From Scenedesmus sp. PABB004 (taxonomy: Eukaryota): a stretch of 64,000 nt of DNA. A model generated the notes under the pieces. That model was not told where the DNA came from and ran no database searches. It worked only from the letters and a program-made list of their open reading frames with translations. Each line of letters starts with the position of its first letter. Position 1 is the first letter of the stretch. A program made the position numbers and the translations under genes. Below are positions 23,283-34,972 of the stretch, piece after piece. The DNA is taken from the NCBI GenBank assembly GCA_014905635.1, contig JABVCE010000015.1, positions 744,001-808,000 on the forward strand. The letters are read 5' to 3'.

Positions 23283-26200
23283 CTGTCGCCGCCGGGCGGC
23301 GCGGCGCCCTGCTGGCTCGCGCGGCGGGCGATGAAGGTTTTCAGCCCCGTCAGCTGCGTGGGGTCCTTGCGCGCGTTGTGCAGCAGCCTGGCGAGTGGCG
23401 CACGGGTGGGCGGGTCAGCCGGACGAGCTGGGCGGGCGGGTCGGGAAGGGGGCAGGCGGCGCGCGCGGGCGCTGCGGCGCCGGCAGGCGCGACGGCCGCC
23501 GCAGGCGCGCGCGCCGTCGCGCACGTGAGGGCGAAGCAGAGGCCGATTGCAATGACCAGGATGTACCTGGGGGGTGGTGGAGGGTGGCTGGTGAGCTGAG
23601 GCTGAGCCGAGCCGAGCCGAGCCGAGCGGGGCTGAGTGCGGAACAGCCTCCTCCGCCAAGCAACACACTCAGCACGCACAAGCACGCACATGCACGCACA
23701 CACGCGCTCACCAGAGGCCTGACACCTGGTTGAGGTGGATCGCCTTGCCGGTGCCGTGCCCGCCGCCGCCGCCGCTCGAGAAGCACTTGGCGGTGCCGCC
23801 TGCAGGCGGCGCGGCGCGGCGCGGCGCGGTGGGCCCAGCGGGCGCCACGCTGCACCGTGTGCGCCGCCGCTCGGTGCAGGCGGCGGCCGCGGCCGCCACC
23901 CGGCGGGGCGGGCGCCGCCGCCGCCGGCGCGCAGCTTGGCCTCCTAGGCCCAGCCCCCGAGGGTTTAGGACGTGTTGAGACCCAAACCCCGCGCGCACCG
24001 GTCGTGACGTAGACGCTGGCCAGCATGTCCAGCGCGCCCTGGTAGGTCTGCGCGCACGTGCAGCGGATGTGTGCGTGGTGGCGGCGGCGGGCGCGGCGGA
24101 GGTGTGCGCGGCGGTGGCGGCGGGGAGGCGTGCGCCGCGGCGGGCGCTGCCGGGAGCCGCGCCAGCCCCGCGCGCGCGCCTGCAGGCTGACGATGGCGGC
24201 GGAGAAGGCAAAGACCTGCGCGGCGCGGCGCCGCGGCGGGCGCGGCGCGTGCGGGTCGGCGGCTGCGACGGCACGCCGCCACGGCCGGCGGGTGCGAGGC
24301 GCGCATCTGTTCGCGCCCGCCGCGCGCCAAACCTCGGCGTCGTCAAAGCCCGGCGGGAAGGCAAGGGCGAGGCTGAACGTCTCGAAGGGCTCGCCCACGA
24401 CAAAGAGGTCGCACGCGGCGTTGGTGCCCGCCTGGCGGCAGGGGACGGGGCGGCGGCGACGGAGCGTGGCCCGGACGCGGCGCACAGTGAGTGCAAGGGA
24501 GGTGGCCAGCAGTTGCGCGAGTCCCCTCCCCTCCCCGTCACACCCACCCGCCCACACCCCTGGTGCCCCCCCCCCCCCGCCGCACCGTGTACTCCAGCAC
24601 CGGCGCGTCGAGCACGAGGGCCTCATACTCGCCACCCCGCAGCGCAGAGAGCATCGCGCCAAAGTCGGCCGCGCCGTCCCTGCGGCGGGGCGGTTGTGCA
24701 GGACGTGGGCTGTGCGCTGAGGGGGGGGGGGTGCTGGCGGAGCGCGCCGCCGGCGCGGCGCGCGCACCAGCGCCGCCCGTCGGCGGCGATGCCCTGGTGG
24801 GCCCGCAGGCTGCCGGTGTAGTGGTTCCACGTCTGCACGCGCCGCCCCACCAGGTCCGCCTTGCTGCGCGCGTGCGGGCACGCGGCGCGCGGCGCCGGCG
24901 GCGGCCGCCGCTCAGCTCGCGCGTGCATCGCACGCGCCGCGGCCGCGTGGCCTGCGCGGCCGCGGCAGCCCCCTAAACCCTCATGCCTGTGCACGGGGTG
25001 CACCAGCTTCTCCGCGGTGATGCGGCTCGCGCTCGTGGCGGTGTACCTGCGCCGTGCGGAGGGGGCGGTGGCGGCGGCGCACGTCACGCGCGCCGGCCCG
25101 CCTGCATCGGGGCGCGCGAGGGGCGCCCTCCCCTCGCCGCTGCAGCTGCCGCTGCTGCTCGCCGCCCTCTCACATGCTGACCATGACGAGCACCAGGAAG
25201 GCATAGCCCAGCACCTGGGGCGGGGGCGGGGAGGGAGGGGGGTTGCAGGGGTGGCTCAGCGCAGCTCGGAGCGCTGAGCGCCGAGTGTCGCGCGCCGAGG
25301 CCGGGGGCATGCGGGCGCTGGCAGCGGCGGGCTGGCCGCGTGGCGCGGCGCACCACGACGCGTGAGGCGTCCGACCCGGGGTCGCCGACGTGTGTCAGCA
25401 CGTGCACCAGCTTGCCCAGGCTGTACCACAGCCACGACTGCCACCCTGCAGCGGCGAGGGCGGGGGCGGGGCAGGGCGGGAGGGCGGGGCGGGGGTGGCG
25501 CGGCGCAACGGGCCGCGGGCGGCGGGGCGCGCCGGGCTGAGTGCGCGCGGCGCAGGGTCAACGCGTCGGCGGCAGCGCCGCACCCTTTTTGCGCTCGCCC
25601 TCGCGCTGCGGTGTCGCCCACTCGAGCAGGCCCACGATGAGGCCGACCGCGACGGTGGTGCCGCCGAGCGCGAGCCACACCGTCCTGCGGCGCGCAGGGC
25701 GGCGGCTCGCGGCGCGCGGCGCGCCCCGCGCAGGAGCCCGCGGCGGCGGGCCCGCCGGAGCCTCAAGCGCGGTCGACGAGAGCGGTCAATGCGGTCAGCG
25801 CGCGCACCAGTGGAAGACCTCTGAGAAGGCCCAGGTTGATCCGTGCTGCAGCGTCGCGTGGATCATGACGCGCAAGCCGGACTTGTACGTCGGCCAGCTG
25901 AACTTGAGCCCCGCCGCGAGGTGCTCGACCGAGACCTCGACGCCCGCGGCCGACAGGCTGCACCCGCCCGCGGGGTCGGCGAGGTCGGCCAGCATGTCGC
26001 CGTACGGCAGGCAGGTGAGCGCGTAGTCGGCGTCGCCGAGGCCGACCTCGCTCGCGAGCATGCGGAAGAGCTCGACCTGGTAGCCTGCGCGCTCGCAGGA
26101 CGGCGCGGCGCCGGGCGGCTTGCAGGACGGCGCGCGGGGCTCGCAGGACAGCGCGCGCAGCGCCAGGGGCTTGCAGGATGGCGCGCGGCGCGTACACGCG

Positions 26201-26616
26201 GCGCGTGCGCGGGGCGCGGCGCGGACGGCGTGTGGCGCACCCGTGAACGTCTCCTGCGGCGCGCCGGGCGTGCAGTCGACCATCGGCATCCACGCGCTCA
26301 CGCAGACGTTGTAGGGCCGCGCCAGGCGCGCCGCCCCGGGCGCGCGCGGGGGCAGCGCCAGCGGCGGCGCCGACGCCGCGCGTGCGAGCGCGCTGCCGTT
26401 CGCGCCGCCAGCCTCACGCGCCAGCGGCGTCCCGCCAGCGCCGGCGTCGGCGCCGGCCAGCGGGCGGGCCACGACGTCCTCCCAGGACAGGGGGTCGATC
26501 ACGTAGCGCTGCTGCGGCGCCGCGGCGCCGCGGCGCGCGGCGAGCAGCAGCAGCGCGAGCGCCGACAGCGGCGCCGCCCAGCGCCGGCCGCTGGGCCTCG
26601 CCTCGCGCCCCGCCAT
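22986..26616 (-). CDS. Ionotropic glutamate receptor-like ligand-gated ion channel (GLR-like 1)
   Basis: Signal peptide; S1 (PYNVCVSAWMPMVDC...FTGYQVELFRMLA...LKFSWPTYKSGLRVMI); M1 (FHWTVWLALGGTTVAVGLIVGLLEW); M2/M3 (WLWYSLGKLVHVLTHVGDPGSDASRVVVLGYAFLVLVMVSMYTATSASRIT); S2 (ALVLDAPVLEY...CDLFVVGEPFETFSLALAFP); M4 (QVSGLWYILVIAIGLCFAL). The final exon and stop at 22986 are inferred from splice signals. Confidence 0.85.
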
Positions 26617-26982
26617 GGCGGGCGCGTGCAATCTGGCGCCGTCACGGCCACGATCGGGCGCCCGGCGGGCAGCAGCCCGGCCGGCAGCACGGCGGCGAGC
26701 GCTGCAGCGCCGTCCGGGCGCTGCTGCAGGGCTCCGCGCGCCCTGACCAGAGCGCCACGGCGTGAAGCTGGCGTCGGGTATTGCGAGCGGTCAGCCGGGG
26801 CGCGCGCTGCGGCCGCGCGTGGCCGGCGGCGGGCGGCGGGGCGCGGGGCTGCTCCGCGAAAGGAGGGCGTGAGCGGCAAGCCCCGGCCTGATCGGCGGCG
26901 CGCGGTGACGGTATGCGAGGTCTGCGAGGTCTGCGCGGCGCGGCGGGGGCTGACGGGCGCCGGTCAAACGCACGGTCAACAT

Positions 26983-26987
26983 TTACA
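26983..26987 (-). promoter_or_regulatory. TGTAA chlorophyte polyadenylation signal downstream of eIF3g
   Basis: TTACA on + (TGTAA on -), ~140 nt after the eIF3g stop, in an otherwise AT-poor context. Confidence 0.6.
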
Positions 26988-27126
26988 GCGGTGCCCCGCC
27001 CCGCCCCTCGCCCCCAGCAGCGCCGCCGGCTGCTGCCCGCCCCGCCCGCCCCGCCCGCTGCAGGGCGCCCATCGCGCCCCGCGGACGCTGCCCGCCGCGC
27101 TCCGCCCGTCACTCCGCGCCGCGCGC

Positions 27127-29019
27127 TCAGTTGCGCTCGGCGCGCGGCGCGGCGTACTCGACGTGCAGGATGAGGTTGTCGTAGCCGTAGCCGTCCAGCG
27201 TGCGCATCGCGCGCTCCGCGTCCTCCCTGCGCCGGCGTGAGTCCCCGGCGGCGGCGGCGTGAGGCCCGCGGCCAGCGGCGCGCGCCGCGCGGCGCGGCGG
27301 CATGTGCATGGGAGAGCGCGGCGCAGCGCGCGGGGCGGCGGCGCGGGGCCAGCGCGGCGCGGCGCGGCGCGCGGCGCGCGGCGCGCCTGTGGTGGTAGTT
27401 GACGAACGCGAAGCCGCGGTTCTCGCCGGTCGTGCGGTCGATGGCGAGGAAGACGCGCGAGATGGGGCCAAACGGCCGGAACAGCTCCTGCAGGTCGGCC
27501 TGCGGGGCGGGGCGCGGGTCGGCGGGTCGGGTCGGTGCGGGCCGGCGCGAGGCGGCGGCGGGAGCGCGGCCGCGGCCGCGGGGGAGCGGGGAGCGTGGCG
27601 GGAGCGCGGCGCGGCGGCGCGGCGCACCTCTGTCACGTCTTCTGACAGGTTGGTCACGCGCAAGCTGTTCTCGTCGCGCTGCCGGCGCTCCGGGCCCTCC
27701 ATGACCGCGCCGGCGCCGCGGTTGCGCACGCTCGGCGGCACGTAGCTGCCCGCCTTGGGCGCGGCGGGCAGGCCGCCGGGCTTGGGCCCGCCCGGGCCGT
27801 CCTCGTCGGGCGGCCGCTCCGCCTCGGCGAGCAGGCCCTTGGCGCGCAGCAGCTCGCGCTCCATGCGCTTCTTGTACAGCACGTCCTTCAGGCTGCGCGG
27901 CGGCGGGGCGCGGCGGCGCGGCGGCGGGGCGCGGCGCGGCGTTGAGAGCAGGGGCTGTGCACGGGAGGGCGCACCGCCGCCGCCGCTGCTGCCCCCGCCA
28001 GCCCTGCCGCCGCTGCCGCCGCTGCCACCCTTGCTGTCGCCGCCCGCCCCTGCTGCGCCTGCCCCCGTCGCTGCCGCCGCCGGCCCCGCCGCCAGCCCTG
28101 CCGCCAGCCCTACCCCTGCTGCGGCGCGGGCGCACCTCCCGACGATCGCGTGCTTGTCGGCGCTCTGCAGCGCGGCCTGCATGTCGGTGAACTTCTTCTC
28201 CTGCGCCGTGGCCTTGGCCGGCCGGATGCGCTCAAACGGAATGTCCTCCACGTGCCGCACCTGCCGCGCGGTGGCGGGGGGCACGGCGCGCGCGCAGCGG
28301 TCAGCGGCGGCTGGCGCCGCGGCGCCGCTGCGTCTGCGGGGCTGGCGCCGCCGCGGGCGCGCCCGCCGCCGCGCGCGCGCACCGTCACGCTGTCCTCTGC
28401 TGTCTCCTTGGCCGCCGCGCCGAAGCGCTTCCACTGCCGCCGCTCCTCCGACACCTGCGGCGCGCCGGGCGGGGGCGGTTGCCGCGGTTGGTGCCGTGCG
28501 CGGCGCGCGCCGTCGACGCCGCTGCGGCCGTCGACGCTGCTGCGGCCGCCCGCGCGACCGGGGGCGGGGGAAGGGGGGCACGGCGCGCCTGTTCCTGCAG
28601 CTGCCGCTGCACTGCCGCCGCAGAAAGACCGCCGCTGCTCGGCCGCCGCCGCTGCCGCTGCTGCCGCGTGCGCCGGGCCGCGCGGGGGCCATGCGCGCCG
28701 CGGCGCGCCCCGCGGCGCGGCCCAGGCGTCGCCCGCCCTGCCGGCCGCGCCCTGCGCGCCCGCCCGCCCCGCGCGGGGCCCGGGCGGCGCGCTGCCGCCG
28801 GCCATCGCGGGGCGCGATGCGGGCGCGCACCTTGTAGACCTTCTTCTCCACGTTCACGACCTTGACCTTGGTGACCTTCTTGATGGCCTCGCCGTTGGCG
28901 TTCTTGAAGTACTCGGTGGTGACCTTGACGCCGTGCGAGTCGGGGCCCTTCACCGTGCTCGGCGGCAGCGCGTCCTCATCGTCGAGCGTGTCTCCCCAGC
29001 GGATCTTGGTCTTCGCCAT
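27127..29019 (-). CDS. EIF3G: Eukaryotic translation initiation factor 3 subunit G
   Basis: MAKTKIRWGDTLDDEDALPP...; VSEERRQWKRFG; YVPPSVR; RRM SLRVTNLSEDVTEADLQELFRPFGPISRVFLAIDRTTGENRGFAFVNY...YGYDNLILHVEYA. Six introns. Confidence 0.97.
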   Translation of the reverse strand: MAKTKIRWGDTLDDEDALPPSTVKGPDSHGVKVTTEYFKNANGEAIKKVTKVKVVNVEKKVYKVRARIAPRDGRRQRAARAPRGAGGRAGRGRQGGRRLGRAAGRAAARMAPARPGARGSSGSGGGRAAAVFLRRQCSGSCRNRRAVPPFPRPRSRGRPQQRRRPQRRRRRAPRTAPTAATAPARRAAGVGGAAAVEALRRGGQGDSRGQRDGARARRRARPRRRQPRRRSGAAAPAAADRCARAVPPATARQVRHVEDIPFERIRPAKATAQEKKFTDMQAALQSADKHAIVGRCARAAAGVGLAAGLAAGPAAAATGAGAAGAGGDSKGGSGGSGGRAGGGSSGGGGAPSRAQPLLSTPRRAPPPRRRAPPPRSLKDVLYKKRMERELLRAKGLLAEAERPPDEDGPGGPKPGGLPAAPKAGSYVPPSVRNRGAGAVMEGPERRQRDENSLRVTNLSEDVTEVRRAAAPRSRHAPRSPAAAAALPPPPRAGPHRPDPPTRAPPRRPTCRSCSGRLAPSRASSSPSTARPARTAASRSSTTTTGAPRAARRAAPRWPRAAAPRAAPRSPMHMPPRRAARAAGRGPHAAAAGDSRRRREDAERAMRTLDGYGYDNLILHVEYAAPRAERN

Positions 29020-29426
29020 GGCGCCCCGCGCCCGCCGGCGGAATGGGGGGGGCTGCCGGCGCGGGCTGCTCGCAGTGATGGCGGGCGCGCCGGCGGTGGT
29101 GGATGGGCGGCGGCGCGAGAGCGGGCGCGCGGTGCGTGCGGCAGTGGGTGAGCGGGGAGCGACCGTCGGCGCGACCGGGGCCGGGCGGGAGCAGGCGCGA
29201 GAGCCCGAGTGTTACTTTCACTGCCGGCAAGGGGAGGCTTCCTGAGCCCTGCGGGCGGACGCTACGCAGCCTGAATGACCGCGCGCGCCCGGCACAGGAC
29301 CAGGGCGACGCGGTCAACACCGGCGCCCCGCCTTCGCCGCCCGCCGCCGCCGCACCGCCCGAGCGCCGCGCCCCCGCACGCATCAGGGCCCTGGGGCTAG
29401 CGCCCGGCGCCGGCGGTGGCGGCGGC

Positions 29427-31732
29427 ATGCAGCCCCCCGGCGGCGGCGCCCGCTGCCGCTCCGGCGCAGCGCCTCCGCGCGTGCCGCTCGACGTTGCGAC
29501 CTACCGCGAGGGCTGGCTCCGCCTGCAGGGCTGGGCGACCTTCTCGGCGCTCGTGTTTCTGGCGGCGGGCCTGGCGGTCGCGTACGAGGTGCGCGGCAGC
29601 CTGGCGCAGGGCGGCTGCCCCGGGCCTGCCGCGCCCACAGGCCTGCCGCCGCCGCCGCCACCGGCAGCTGCTGGTGATCAACGCGGAGGACCAGGACTTC
29701 AGGGACCTGCTCTTTGACTACAGGGTCACGCGCCCCGGCGTCGTGTGCGCGGCCGCGCGGCAGCACGCGCACGGGTGAGGCCGCAGGGCCGTGCGCCGCC
29801 CTGACGGCTGACCCGCGCGCGCCCGACCGCCTCCGCGCCCGCCGCCCAGTGCGCAGCACCGGCGCTTCGCGGCGGCACAGTTCTGCTGCCACGCGGACGC
29901 CGCGGTCTTCCGCGGCGCCGGCTGCGCGCCCGACGCGGCCGCGCTCGCGGCGCTGGGCGCGCCGGCGTGCCCGCCGGTCGTGCAGCTCACCTGCCCCAAC
30001 CTCGGCTCGCCCGACTGCCACGCGGTGCGCGCCGCGCGGGGCCCCGGGCTCGCGGCGCGCACGCGGCGCGCTAGCTGCCGCTGCAGCTCTGCAGCGGCCC
30101 ACACCGCCGCCGCCGCCGCCGGCCGCAGCTGCGCGCGCTGGTCTACCCGGCGGCGGGCCTCGACGCGGCGGGCCAGCCCGCCGACTGCCGCCGCGCGGGC
30201 GCCGTGCTGCTGCGCGCGCGCATCGGCCCCGACCACCGGCTCACCGCCCACGTCGGCGCCAACGCCACGCAGCAGCTGCCGCTCGGCGACGACCCCAGCG
30301 CGTGCGCCGCGCCGCCGCCGCGCGGGCGTGTCGCGCGCGCTGCGCGCTGGGCATGCTGGGTGCGCCGGCCGCCTCGCCTGCTGCAGCTGCCGGCCGACGC
30401 GCCGCCCGTCGCCCCGCCCCCCGGCTCCGCCGCAGGGTCGCGCCCTCGCTGGTGGCCGACTTTGTCGCCGCGGCGGCCGGCCTGGGGGACCCGCTCTTCA
30501 GGCTGCCCAGGCGCGTGCCGCTGCGGCAGCGGCGGCGGTCACCTGCCGCGCCGCGGCCCGCCCGCAGGCGCCCGCACGAGCCCCGCCGCCGCGGCGCGCG
30601 CGCGACGCCCCCCGCGTCCCGCCGCCGTCGCAGCGCGCCGCTCGGCCGCTCGCTCGCGCTGGACGGCCGCGCGGTCGCGCTCGGCGTCGTGGTGCAGCCC
30701 GAGGGCCGGGACAAGTACGGCGAGTTTGGGTGGCCCCCCGAGCTCTGGCCCTGGCCGCCCGCCGCGGCGTGCAGCAACACCGGGCAGCCCGCGGCGATGC
30801 ACCTCGAGGGTGCGTGGGCCGGCCACAGTGTGCAATAACAACGTACGTCGCCGCGCGCTCGCCGCGCCGTCCTGACCGCCGCCGCCGCCGGCGCCGGCGC
30901 CGGCCGGCGCAGGCAGCCACCGCGCCGCGTTTGCGCCCTACGCGCGCGGCGCCGGCGCCGCGCAGCCGGCGTTTGCCCTCACGCTCTACGGCAGCAGCGT
31001 GGCGGTGCCGCAGTACCACACGCTGCTGCTGGGCGGCGGCGCCGGCGACGGCGGAGCCGGTCCTGACGGCGCCGGCGGCGGCGGTGCTGGTGCCAGTCCC
31101 GACGGCGGCGGCGACGCCGGCGGCAACGCCACGGTCGTCGTCATCCAGACGCTGACCGCGGTCAACCTGACGGTGCGCGCGCGGAGGCGCGGCCGCGGCG
31201 GCGCGGCCTGCGCACGGTCCGCGCGCTGCGCCGGCCAGCGAACCAACCAGCGCGCGCGCGCGGGCGCAGGTCGCGCTGCTGCCGCAGCTCGGCGGCTGCG
31301 AGGCGTGGGCGCTGCACGCGCCGGGCGTCGCGCCCACGTACGGGCGGGAGGTCTGGCGCGGCAGCGCGGCGGACCTGGCCGCGCTGCGGCGGGCGCCGAG
31401 CGCCGGCACGCAGGCGCGCGCGCGGGGGGTCGCGCGGGGCCGTGCGTGGTCGAGCCGGGTCGACCCCGCGCCCAGCTCTCAGCAGCCGCGCGCGTGCACG
31501 CCGCGCGCAGGCGCTGGGCGTCGCGCTGCGCGACTTTGCGGCGCCCGAGCCGCTCGCGCTGCCGGCGTACCGCGGCGGCGCCTACATCTACGCCGGCCTC
31601 GTCCTCGGCGGCGTCTGGGTGGTCGCCACCGTGCCCCTGCTCGCGCTCGCCGGCCTGGTCGCGGTCAACGTGCAGCGCAACCGCGGGCTGCCGGTGTTCA
31701 TCCGGTACTTGCGGCGCTACCGCGGCTGGTGA
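29427..31732 (+). CDS. Uncharacterised membrane protein with two terminal TM helices and a Cys-containing central loop
   Basis: TM1 WATFSALVFLAAGLAVAYE|LLV and TM2 AYIYAGLVLGGVWVVATVPLLALAGLVAVNV. Internal exons include FCCHADAAVF, LTCPNLGSPDCH and VVVQPEGRDKYGEFGWPPELWPW. Some internal exon joins are uncertain. Confidence 0.65.
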
Positions 31733-32230
31733 CCGCGGGCCTGTGCAGGGCAGGCGGCGCCTCTCGGGGCGTCTGGCCCGAGCTCGCCCGCGCGTGCCGC
31801 CGGTCACGCGGCGCCACCCCGATTGCGGCGGCGCCGGATCGCGGCGCGGGCCCGGCAGCTGCGCGGCGGGTGCAGGGCGCGCGTTGGCGTGGTGTCGCGA
31901 GCTAGGCCGCGCCGCGCCGCGCCGCGGCGGCCTCTCAACCCCGCGGCGGCGGCCCACAACCCCGCGCGCTCGGACCGTCTCGCCCGCCGCTCCCCCGCCG
32001 CCCCCACACACCGCTCGGTTCGGGAACGCGCCCGGCTGCGGCCGCCCCGACCAGGCACCTCGCCCGAGATATTTTCTCAACTGCAGCGCTCGCGGGCGGC
32101 GCGCCCAGGCGCCGCGGCCGCGGCCGCCCGGCGCGGACGAGCGCGGCGGAGCCCCGCCCAGGCGCCAGGCACGGCGGCGGCGGCATGGAGGCCCTGCTGG
32201 ACAGGATTCTGGGCGCTCCGCGGCGATGCG
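31538..32230 (+). repeat. Segmental duplication, copy 1 (last exon of the 2-TM gene, intergenic DNA, start of the LRR gene)
   Basis: Aligns by eye with 34973-35660. Confidence 0.9.
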
Positions 32231-34024
32231 GCCCCGGCAGCCTGCCCTCGCCCGACGCCGCGGGCCCGGGCGCCCTGGCACACCCGGAGCTCCTGCGGGC
32301 AGTCCTCTCCGCCGGCCTGACCAGCGAGGAGCTGCTCTGCGCGGAGCAGACGTGCAGGGCGTGGGCGGCCGCCGGCGCGGCGCTGCCGACGCCGCTGTGC
32401 CTGCACGTGGCGCGCAGCCGCGCGGGCCGCAAGGCGCAGGCCGCCTGGCTGCAGCGCAACGCCCACCGCGCCGAGGCGCTCACGCTGGACTTTGGCGAGC
32501 AGGCAGAGGTGCGCGTGGCGCGGGGCGCGGCGCGCGCATCGGCGGCAGCATCGGCGGCGGCGCGCCGCCGGCGTTGACCCCGCTCCCCCGACGCCGCGCC
32601 GCGCGCGCGCGCAGGTCGCTGCGTCTGACGCGGCCGCACTTGTCGGCTGCGCGCGGCCGCGTTGGCCGCGCCGGCGCGGGGGCCGCGCTGCGCGCGCCTC
32701 GTCGCTGGCGGCGCTGCTTCTCGCGCGCGCGACGGCGGCGCGGCGCCTGGAGCTCGTTGGCAGCGCGCGCCTCACGGCACTGCCCGCGGACGCGTTCGGC
32801 CCCGGCCGGCTGCGCCACCTGGCGCGCCTCGAGGTCGCCTGGTGCGCCGAGCTGACCGCGCTGCCCGACAGCTTCACCGCGGCGCACCTGCCGGCGCTGC
32901 GCGCGCTCGCGCTGTCGCACTGCGGGCGCCTCGCGCGGCTCCCGGCGGACCTGCCCGCGCTGCGCGAGCTGAGCGTCACGGCGTGCGATGCGCTCGGCGC
33001 GCTGCCCGAGGCGCTGCCGGCGGCGTCGCTTGAGCGGCTCGCGCTGCGCGACTGCGCGTCGCTGCGCGCCCTGCCGGCGTCGCTGGGCGCCTGCAGCCGC
33101 CTCGCGGCGCTCGAGGTCGCCGGCTGCGAGCGCCTCGCCGCGCTGCCGTGGGGCCTGGCGGCGCTGGGCGGCTGCCTGCGCGAGCTGCGGCTGGCGGACT
33201 GCGCGGCCATGGTGTCGCTGCCCGACGACACGAGCGCGCTCGGGAGCCTCACGGGGCTGCACGTCGGCCTGCGCGGGCTGGCGGCGCTGCCGCCGCGGCT
33301 GGGCGCGCTCACGGCGCTGCGCTCGCTCGAGGTCGCACGCCCGAGCGAGCTCCTGACGACCCTGCCGGACACGCTCGGAGCGCTGAGCGCCCTCACGCGG
33401 CTCACGCTCTCTGGCGCCGCGCTCGGGGCGCTGCCGGCGACGCTCGGCTGCCTCGCGGCCCTGGAGCGCCTCACGCTGCGCGACTGCGCGGCGCTCGCGG
33501 AGCTGCCCGAGTCCATGGGTGAGCGCGGCCCCGCGGGCGCGCCGGCCGCGCCGCGCCGCGGGCGCAGCGCGTGCCCTGGGCGGCCGCGCCGCCGCACCGA
33601 CCCCCGACCCTTCGCCCCTCACCCCCTGCCCGCGCCCGCAGGCGAGCTCCGGTCGCTGCGCCGCCTGGACGTCAGCGGCTGCGGCCTGCTCGTGGCGCTG
33701 CCCGAGTCGCTCGGCGGGTGCACGCGCCTCGAGCGCGTCACACTGCACGGCTGCGACCACCTGCGCGCGCTGCCCGCCGGCCTCGGCCAGCTCGGCGGCT
33801 GCCTGCAGGAGCTCACCATCTCGCAGTGTCCGCGCCTGCGCCGCCTGCCTGATGAACTCGGCGCGCTCGCGGGCGGCGCGCTGCGCGTGCTCACGCTGAG
33901 CGGCTGCGCCGAGCTGCAGGCCGTGCCGATGAGCATGGCGCCGCTCAAGGCCGCCATCACGCCCGGCCCGCTCGCGGCCGCCGCGGCGGCGCGCGCCGTT
34001 GCGGACGCGCGCGGCGGCGACTGA
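32185..34024 (+). CDS. LRR protein with an F-box-like N-terminus and plant-NLR-type LxxLxLxxCxxLxxLP repeats
   Basis: N-terminus LAHPELLRAVLSAGLTSEELLCAEQTCRAW, followed by many repeats such as LARLEVAWCAELTALP, LERLALRDCASLRALP and LQELTISQCPRLRRLP. Two predicted introns (~32509-32614, 33519-33641). TGA at 34022-34024. Confidence 0.85.
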
Positions 34025-34972
34025 CGCAACGCGGCGCGGCGCGCGACGTGCAGCGCGGGGCGGCCCGCGCGAGCGGCGTGTCACGCGCGGTCGTGATCGT
34101 TTGATCGTTTGAACGTGTCACGTTTCATCGCCATTCCTTTGCGGTCTGGCGGCGCGCGTGCGTGCAGCCCGGCCGGCACCAGCGCGGCCCGCGCGGCGCC
34201 GGCCACGGCCCGCGCGGCGCCGCGCTGCAGCGGGGGCCGGGCACAGCGCGTGTGGGGTCGCCTGTACATTAGTCCGCGGGCGCAGCCGGCCCGCTGGGTC
34301 TGTGCGTGTGTGCGCCGGCGTGGTGGCGGTGGCGGTGATGGCGGTGGTGGGGGGAGCGCCGTAGGCGAGCGCAAGCGCTCGCTCGGTGAGGGGGGGGGGG
34401 GTCACGTGTGCGCACGCGCGCGCTCGCGCGCGCGCTCGCCGGGCTCGTTTGATGGCGCGCGGTGGTGGTCGCGCGCGCGCCACGCCGCGCCGCCGCAGGA
34501 TTCGGCGCAGCCGTTTGCACTGCACTCTGCGCGCGCTCTCGGCACGTCGTCTTCGTTCTTGTTGTTGTTGTTGTCGCACGCAGTCGCCCCAGCTGCTGCC
34601 GCTCTCACAGGGGTATATCGCTTGCTCGCGGGGGCTTGGGGGCTGCAGCTTGAGCGGCTGCAGCGCCGCCTCCTGCGGCCTCGCAGCTCTGTGGTCTTAG
34701 TCGTCGTCGCTGCCGTGTGTCGCCGCCGCCGCCGCCGCAGTCGTCGAGGCGCGCTGGTGTGTGTTCGCGCCGCGCGGCTGCGCGTGACTGTGGGTCCACA
34801 ACGTGGTGGCGTGACGCGCGGTGCTGGGACGCACCGCCGCATGGTGCTTGGGGGCGCGCAGCGGGCACGAACGGACGCCGAGCACGCGCGGGGGCGGGAG
34901 GCTCGGAAGCAACAGCTGCCGCCGGTGCCGTCCGCCGTCCGCGCCCTGCCGCGTTGCGTGCACGCCAACGTG

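Noticed and set aside
24970..24982. Telomere-like CCCTAAACCCT (also single partial units at ~22150 and ~23961)
   Set aside because: Isolated single units inside introns with no array. Insufficient for an interstitial telomere or a telomerase RNA template call.
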